A stretch of 64,000 nt of DNA from Pseudomonadota bacterium (GTDB taxonomy: Bacteria > Bdellovibrionota_G > JALEGL01 > DATDPG01): positions 43,918-107,917 of the forward strand of contig JAZDDX010000039.1 of assembly GCA_043809315.1 (NCBI GenBank). Reading direction: 5' to 3'. This document shows positions 58,515 through 64,000 of this stretch, piece after piece (the stretch's first letter is position 1; every line of letters begins with the position of its first letter). The notes beneath the pieces are model-generated. The model searched no databases. It had not been told where the DNA came from and saw nothing but the letters and a program-made list of their open reading frames with translations. The position numbers and the translations under genes were made by a program.

Positions 58515-58778
58515 CTACCCTTTCTTCGCGACGAACCTGTCGACGAGTGCCACGATGTTGTTGATCGTATCGAACGCCTCGGGGGTCGCCTCGTTGTCCG
58601 GAAGCGAGATCGAGTACTTCTTCTCGATGAACCGCTTGAGGCTCACCATGCTGAACGAGTCGACGATTCCGCCTGAGATCAGCTTCGTCGTCTCGGTCAG
58701 ATCGGTATCGTTCTCCTCGTCCATGTATTCGTTCCGGATGTAATCCATGATCGTTTTTCTCATCGTCGCGTCGCCCAT
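58515..58778 (-). CDS. Acyl/aminoacyl carrier protein
   Basis: 87 aa, acidic, GIVDSFSMV phosphopantetheine-attachment motif, FDTINNIV; AAGGAG RBS. Confidence 0.88.
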   Translation of the reverse strand: MGDATMRKTIMDYIRNEYMDEENDTDLTETTKLISGGIVDSFSMVSLKRFIEKKYSISLPDNEATPEAFDTINNIVALVDRFVAKKG

Positions 58779-58797
58779 TTGAGTCTCCTTGTTTGGT

Positions 58798-60501
58798 TCA
58801 GTCGTTTTCCAACGTCGAAATGTCGCCGATCTCCTGCCCCCACTCCTTCGCCTTGAGGAGCCGCCGCATGATCTTTCCGCTGCGGGTTTTGGGGAGCTTG
58901 TCCACGAACTCGATCTCCTGCGGCATCGCCAGGGGAGAAAGCCTCTTCCGGACGAAGTTCATGATCGAAAGCTCCTGGTCCCCATCCGGCTTGTACCCCG
59001 GCTTGAGAGCCACAAAAACTTTGACCACCTCCATGTTGACCGGGTCCGGCTTCCCGATCGCCGCACTCTCCGCCACCGCTTCGTGCTCGAGCAGCGCACT
59101 CTCGATCTCGAACGGCCCGACCAGATGCCCCCCGGTGTTGATCACGTCGTCGTCCCGTCCGGAGAACCAGAAATAGCCGTCGGAGTCGATCGAGGCGCGG
59201 TCGCCGCAGATGTACCAGCCGTTCAGGAACTTCTTCAAGAACGTCGGCGTGTTGTTCCAGTAGGTCCGCATCAAGCTCGGGAAGTTCGGCTTGAGTGCGA
59301 GCATCCCGACCTTCCCGACGTCGCGCACCGGCTCGCCGGTCGTTCCGTCGACCACGGTCGCGGTGATCCCGGGGAACGGCTTCCCCATGCTCCCCGGCTT
59401 CACCTTCATCCCGGGAAAGTTGGTCACGACGATCGCCCCGGTCTCCGTCTGCCAGAAGGTGTCGTGGAAATCGAGTTGGAACGCCTCGCGTCCCCAATGC
59501 ACCCCCTCCGGATTGAGCGGCTCTCCGACCGAGCACATGTGACGCAACGATTTGAGGTCGTGTTTGCGCACCGGCTCGACCCCATCCTTCATCAGCATCC
59601 GAATCGCGGTCGGGGCCGTGTACCAGACCGTCACCTTGTGCTTCGCCATCGTCGCGTACCAGCGATCGCTCGAGTACCCCGCATCCAGCACGATCTGCGT
59701 CACCCCCAGCGCCCACGGAGCGATGATGCCGTAGCTCGTCCCGGTCACCCAACCCGGATCGGCGGTACACCAGTAGACGTCGCTCTCCTTGAGATCCAGA
59801 ACGACCTTTCCGGTCAAGTACTGTCCGAAGATGCTGGAATGGACGTGCAACGCCCCTTTCGGTTTCCCGGTGGTACCGCTCGTGTAATGCAGAACGCTCG
59901 GGCTCTCGGCGTACGTTTTGAAAACGGAGTAGGTCGCGACGCGGCTCGACTCCTGGTCAAACGCCACCTCCCCGTCCGCCTCGTGGAGCGGCTTCTTCGT
60001 GGCATCGTGATCGACGACGATCACTTTCTTGAGCTCCGGCAAGCGCTCGCGGATCTTCCGGATCTTCCCGACATGCTTGTGCTGCGTGATGATCGCCACC
60101 GCTTTGCTGTCGTCGGCTCGCTGCCAGACCGACTCCTCGCCGAAGGCGGAGAAGAGCGGCTGCACGATCGCGCCGGTCTTCAAGACCCCCAGGAAGCTGA
60201 TGTAGAGCTCGGGAAGGCGCTCGAGGAAGACACAGACCCGATCTTGCGGTTTGATCCCCTGCTTCGTTAGGAAACTCGCCCAGCCGTTCGTGAGCTCCTT
60301 GAGATCTTGGTAGGTGTACTTCTTGAGCGTCCCTTCGTGGTTCTCGTGGATGAAGGCGAGTTTCGAGCCGCGCCCCTTTTCGACGTTCCGGTCGGTGCAG
60401 AGGTACCCGAGATTCAACGGATCGCCGTCCTTGTACCCGAGCTCTTTTTTCGCCAACTCCCAGGTGATCTGTTCCCTGGCTTTTTCGTAATCAAACGTCA
60501 T
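58798..60501 (-). CDS. acsA: AMP-forming short-chain acyl ligase (acetate--CoA ligase-like)
   Basis: YTSGTTGKPKG, WCTADPGWVTG, VGEPLNP, DTFWQTETG, GRDDDVI, LPKTRSGKIMRR. Confidence 0.85.
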   Translation of the reverse strand: MTFDYEKAREQITWELAKKELGYKDGDPLNLGYLCTDRNVEKGRGSKLAFIHENHEGTLKKYTYQDLKELTNGWASFLTKQGIKPQDRVCVFLERLPELYISFLGVLKTGAIVQPLFSAFGEESVWQRADDSKAVAIITQHKHVGKIRKIRERLPELKKVIVVDHDATKKPLHEADGEVAFDQESSRVATYSVFKTYAESPSVLHYTSGTTGKPKGALHVHSSIFGQYLTGKVVLDLKESDVYWCTADPGWVTGTSYGIIAPWALGVTQIVLDAGYSSDRWYATMAKHKVTVWYTAPTAIRMLMKDGVEPVRKHDLKSLRHMCSVGEPLNPEGVHWGREAFQLDFHDTFWQTETGAIVVTNFPGMKVKPGSMGKPFPGITATVVDGTTGEPVRDVGKVGMLALKPNFPSLMRTYWNNTPTFLKKFLNGWYICGDRASIDSDGYFWFSGRDDDVINTGGHLVGPFEIESALLEHEAVAESAAIGKPDPVNMEVVKVFVALKPGYKPDGDQELSIMNFVRKRLSPLAMPQEIEFVDKLPKTRSGKIMRRLLKAKEWGQEIGDISTLEND

Positions 60502-60869
60502 TTCGAATCCTCCAACACGACAACCGCGGCCGCCCGTTCGTTCTTCGATGTCACCGCCACATGGATCCCAGAAACCCCGAGCTCCTCCGCCCGTTTCTTC
60601 GTCGCTCCCGACAGAACAACGCCGGGAGGACGGTGGGTCACTTCGATGTCATGCCACGACATCTTCCCCCGCTTCCCGGTCCCGAGCGCCTTGAACAGGG
60701 CCTCTTTGGCGGCGAAAGTCGTAGCAGAGGAAGGGAGGAAGGAAGATGATCTGCGACATCTTTTGATTTCGGTTTCGGTGAGGATTTCGGGGAGAAACCC
60801 GCGATCCCGCGCCACAGCCCGCCGAATCTGGCGCACCTCCACTAGATCGATTCCAATCCCAAGCACCAT
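60498..60869 (-). CDS. acpS: Holo-ACP synthase (4'-phosphopantetheinyl transferase)
   Basis: GIGIDLVE, FAAKEALFKALGTG, WHDIEV; stop overlaps the ligase start (ATGA). Confidence 0.9.
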   Translation of the reverse strand: MVLGIGIDLVEVRQIRRAVARDRGFLPEILTETEIKRCRRSSSFLPSSATTFAAKEALFKALGTGKRGKMSWHDIEVTHRPPGVVLSGATKKRAEELGVSGIHVAVTSKNERAAAVVVLEDSK

Positions 60870-60901
60870 TTCGCGGCCGGTCGGCTTATATCAGACCCGG
60901 T

Positions 60902-61798
60902 TCAGCGCGTGAACAGAACGACGACGCCGGCCACGGCGACGAGCGTCCCGACGAGCGTCCGGATCGTGAGCTTCTCCCCATGGAACCGCCAGGAGACGAA
61001 GAGCGCGAGCACCGGGAAGATCGCCGTGATCGACGAAGCAACCCCGGCTTCGATGAACTGGAGAGCGACGAGGGACAGGGTCACACCGAGAAACGGCCCC
61101 AGGAAGGCTCCTCCGATCATGAAAGACGCCGCCCGGCGGTTCCGCAACGCCTCGAACGAACGGAGAGGTCGCTCCCGAAAGGCGGCGAGGAGCCAGACCG
61201 CCACAGCGCCGGCGGCGATCCGGATGACGGTCGCGGAAAGGGCGTCGAGACCGGAATGAAGCGCTTGTTTGGAGATGACGTAACCCCCGGCCTGTCCGAT
61301 CGAGGCCAAGACGCCGGCATAGACCCCGGTCAATGTTGCGCCTCTGGCGTGCACGAGCCATCGGGTCGAGCGGGGTTTCAAAACCGTGAAGATCCCCGCC
61401 AGCGTGAGCGCCATGCCGAGAAGCGCAATCGGTCCCGGGAGTTCCCCCAGGAGGGGCCAAGCAAAAATCAGCGTAAAAAGCGGAGCAGTCGAGGAGAGGA
61501 GCGTCGCGCGACCGGGGCCGAGAATGACGAGAGAGCGGAAGTAGTAATAATCCCCCCAGGCAAACCCGACCAGGCCACTCAACGCGAGAAGCGCCACCTG
61601 CGTCGGCGTGGCCCAGAACGGCCAGGGAGATCCCCGGGTGATGAGAAGCGCGGTGGCAAGGAAAAGACCGGCAACGGTGATCCGAAGGCGGTTTAGGACA
61701 ACGGCCCCCATCCGTTTCCCGGCGGCGGCAAATAGATTTGAACTCATCGCCCAGCAGACCGCCGTGCCGAGCGCCGCTAATTCTCCGGCGTATTTCAT
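60902..61798 (-). CDS. EamA/DMT-family transporter
   Basis: About 10 TM helices in two EamA repeats (GELAALGTAVCWA, LNRLR, GEKLT). Confidence 0.88.
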   Translation of the reverse strand: MKYAGELAALGTAVCWAMSSNLFAAAGKRMGAVVLNRLRITVAGLFLATALLITRGSPWPFWATPTQVALLALSGLVGFAWGDYYYFRSLVILGPGRATLLSSTAPLFTLIFAWPLLGELPGPIALLGMALTLAGIFTVLKPRSTRWLVHARGATLTGVYAGVLASIGQAGGYVISKQALHSGLDALSATVIRIAAGAVAVWLLAAFRERPLRSFEALRNRRAASFMIGGAFLGPFLGVTLSLVALQFIEAGVASSITAIFPVLALFVSWRFHGEKLTIRTLVGTLVAVAGVVVLFTR

Positions 61799-61831
61799 GA
61801 TGAGCTCCCCGCTTCGGGGAGACTTCTACTA

Positions 61832-62722
61832 TCAGTCGATGAACCGTTTGTCCTGTGTCAGCTGCTTCCTCAATTCGTCAATCTTCATCTTGTCCTTGTT
61901 CGAAATCGTGATCCCTGTCGTGGCGAACCGCCGCATCGCTTGAACACCCTTATCCGACGTATGATACCGGACCGTCGTCAGTTCCGGCATGAGACCCCGG
62001 TTCGTCTTCTCAATGAAGAGTGCCCGCGCATTGAAATCTGCGGTCTCCCGCGCCAGGTTCTGAAGTGTACCCGACACCGGCGGGCCGACGACGTACAGGT
62101 TGTCGTCCGATCCCAAGTACAGGCCCGGAGCCATCTTGAACGTCTTATCGAAAAACTTGGCATTGGCCTCGCTGCTGATCTGCTTGGCGCGTTCCAACGG
62201 TTCGTTCATCTTGAACTTGGAAACCGTGCTAACCATCTGATCGAAATTCGCCAGGTCGCCCACCTTCAGATTCCCTTTGCGATCGTTCAGAACGTTTTCC
62301 TGCTCATCGAGATATCGATCCAGGACGTCCGCGCAAAGTTCATTGAAATGCTTCGTGCTCTTGAGAACCGCCTTCTTGAGATCTTCGGCCTGGAGATCCG
62401 CCCCCAAACTTTCGAGAACATCCATCCGTTTTTTCAGGAACTGTAGGTCCGTGAGATCGGATTCTCCAACAACGTCTTTCTTGTGATCATCCAGAGTAGT
62501 CTCCAGCGCATCGACCGCTTTCTTGTAGTTCTCGATCAGGGGCTTCAGAGCTGCCTCGGTCGCTTCGAAGCTCAGCTTCTTGCCGAGAACCTCCGCTACC
62601 GCATGATGAGCCTCGCGAAACTTATCGACGACGCTCTTCTCGATCGCCAGCGCCCGACCGCTGAAGAGAAGTGCCAAACTGGTGCTGAATAAAATCGACG
62701 CGCGAACGGCAGATTTGATCAT
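61832..62722 (-). CDS. Hypothetical secreted, largely helical protein
   Basis: AAGGAG RBS, signal peptide ending ALA-IE, charged helical body. Confidence 0.65.
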   Translation of the reverse strand: MIKSAVRASILFSTSLALLFSGRALAIEKSVVDKFREAHHAVAEVLGKKLSFEATEAALKPLIENYKKAVDALETTLDDHKKDVVGESDLTDLQFLKKRMDVLESLGADLQAEDLKKAVLKSTKHFNELCADVLDRYLDEQENVLNDRKGNLKVGDLANFDQMVSTVSKFKMNEPLERAKQISSEANAKFFDKTFKMAPGLYLGSDDNLYVVGPPVSGTLQNLARETADFNARALFIEKTNRGLMPELTTVRYHTSDKGVQAMRRFATTGITISNKDKMKIDELRKQLTQDKRFID

Positions 62723-62911
62723 CGGACGGTCTCCTTTTTCGAAGAACGGGGATCCGGCTAATTATAATGGATGGGCCTGGCCCCGGACACAGGAATAATG
62801 CGTCGCGGCCATATCGAGGATCCAGACGCTTGCTCTTGCTCGGTGCCGGGAAATGGCGCGGATTCGGAATTCTGGCAACGCCTAAGGTGTTGTATTTATA
62901 TCGTGTTTCGC

Positions 62912-62926
62912 AGGCACGTTCTTTGC
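62912..62926 (+). promoter_or_regulatory. Sigma-54 (-24/-12) promoter
   Basis: AGGCACG-TTCT-TTGC with exact spacing, preceded by an AT-rich tract at 62883-62901. Confidence 0.6.
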
Positions 62927-62955
62927 TCACATCAGGACATTGTGGGGAAAATACT

Positions 62956-64000
62956 GTGAAATCAGCGACGATCCGACTTTGTCTTGCGCTGACGCTTCTC
63001 ATGACTGTCCCCTTGGGGCAGGCACGGGAGAACTCTCCGAAATCAGTTTCCTCGAAGAACGGTACGGGGCAACTCGGCTTGCCGGACGAAAAAGAACCCG
63101 ATCCCGCTCGTTTTTCGGAACAGGAGAAAATCCAAGCCATCCATGAGGCCTGCAAATGGTTGGAGGATTGGCTCTATAAGAGGACCACAAAACTCAAGGA
63201 CCAGAAGGTAATGGCCCCTCACGCCGACTACACCCATTTCAACCGGGTCGGCGAGTGGAGTCACAAGCAGCTCCTGGCCGCACAAAATGATGAAGGAACC
63301 TACATTGAATTCGGAGGGGGACTCTTTTCGAAAAACAACGGAAGGAAGCAAGGGAAGCTCATCAACCGACCGATCTGGACGTTTCGATCGTGGAACGTTC
63401 TCTGGTCACGCTCGCCAACATGACGGGTCGGTCCAGAGACAAATCAAAGATAAATGTACCGAAACATTTTCCGGGAGGTCCTCCCGAAACCGAATTGACG
63501 GAACTGGGCGAATTTCCGGACAACACGCCGGCAGAGCAGTTCAAGGGGTTGATCCCCTTCCGCTATCTCACCAGCTCGAACCTCATGCAAGCCGTCATGG
63601 TAGGCCATTCGTCCTATCCGAATCTCGAACGCGCATTTTCACAAAAATATTACGACCAGTACGAAAAGCCGATGGTTGCCGAACTTCAGAAAATAATTGA
63701 TGAAACGGAATATCGAGAACTGACGAAGGTGCGCCCGGCAACCTTCTCACCGATCATTATTCGAGGAATTCTTCGGGAAGAGGTGGGATTCAACGGGTAC
63801 GTCCTGCCGGATTCGTTGGGCATGGGCTCGGTCAGAAAGTATGTCGAAAAATTCAAACAGACGGAAGAAACGAAGAGAATCCCGACCTCAGCCCTGACCG
63901 TGATTCTGGCCGTCTATGCGGGGATCGACAGCGTCTTCGGCCTTTCGCAGGAGTATATTGAGGATGCTTACGACTATGTTACGGAATATCGAAGGAACAA
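62956..64000 (+). pseudogene. Secreted GH3 (NagZ-like) glycoside hydrolase, frameshifted near 63316-63335, 3' end off the window
   Basis: GTG 62956 with signal peptide and MAPHAD segment in frame 1. A second frame, open from 63309 to the end, carries KHFPG, LIPFR, AVMVGH, PATFSPIII.GILREEVGFNG.VLPDSLGMG and AGID. Confidence 0.7.

Overview
GC-rich, densely coding chromosomal segment from a diderm (Gram-negative) bacterium. The gene content (DUF1820-like protein, type III glutamine synthetase, HEAT + HD-GYP pair, sigma-54-type promoters, MopE-like lipoproteins) suggests a deltaproteobacterial-type lineage such as Bdellovibrionota or Myxococcota relatives; this placement is inference only. I saw no rRNA, tRNA, CRISPR array, transposase or prophage. 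In order, the window holds: a partial outer-membrane beta-barrel with M49 peptidase and beta-propeller lipoproteins; OmpA with 5 TSP3-like repeats; small housekeeping genes; GS III with a structured leader; an EF-G paralogue; HEAT + HD-GYP; a K+ channel; iorAB with ADP-forming acyl-CoA synthetase and a ROK kinase; an alpha-glucan operon (glgC, two GH57, galT-like, glgA) facing a glgP with an internal TGA; feoAB-tnaA-hypFCDE-Ni transporter; a KimA-like transporter; a TetR-controlled YbhGFSR/TolC-type efflux operon; an APC permease; and two paralogous MopE-motif lipoproteins. Near the end lies the best candidate novel system, an EamA exporter-acpS-acyl-AMP ligase-ACP-alpha-oxoamine synthase (Kbl-like) cluster, followed by a frameshifted GH3-like gene. 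Several single-base lesions suggest imperfect consensus accuracy, so disrupted genes should be read with caution.
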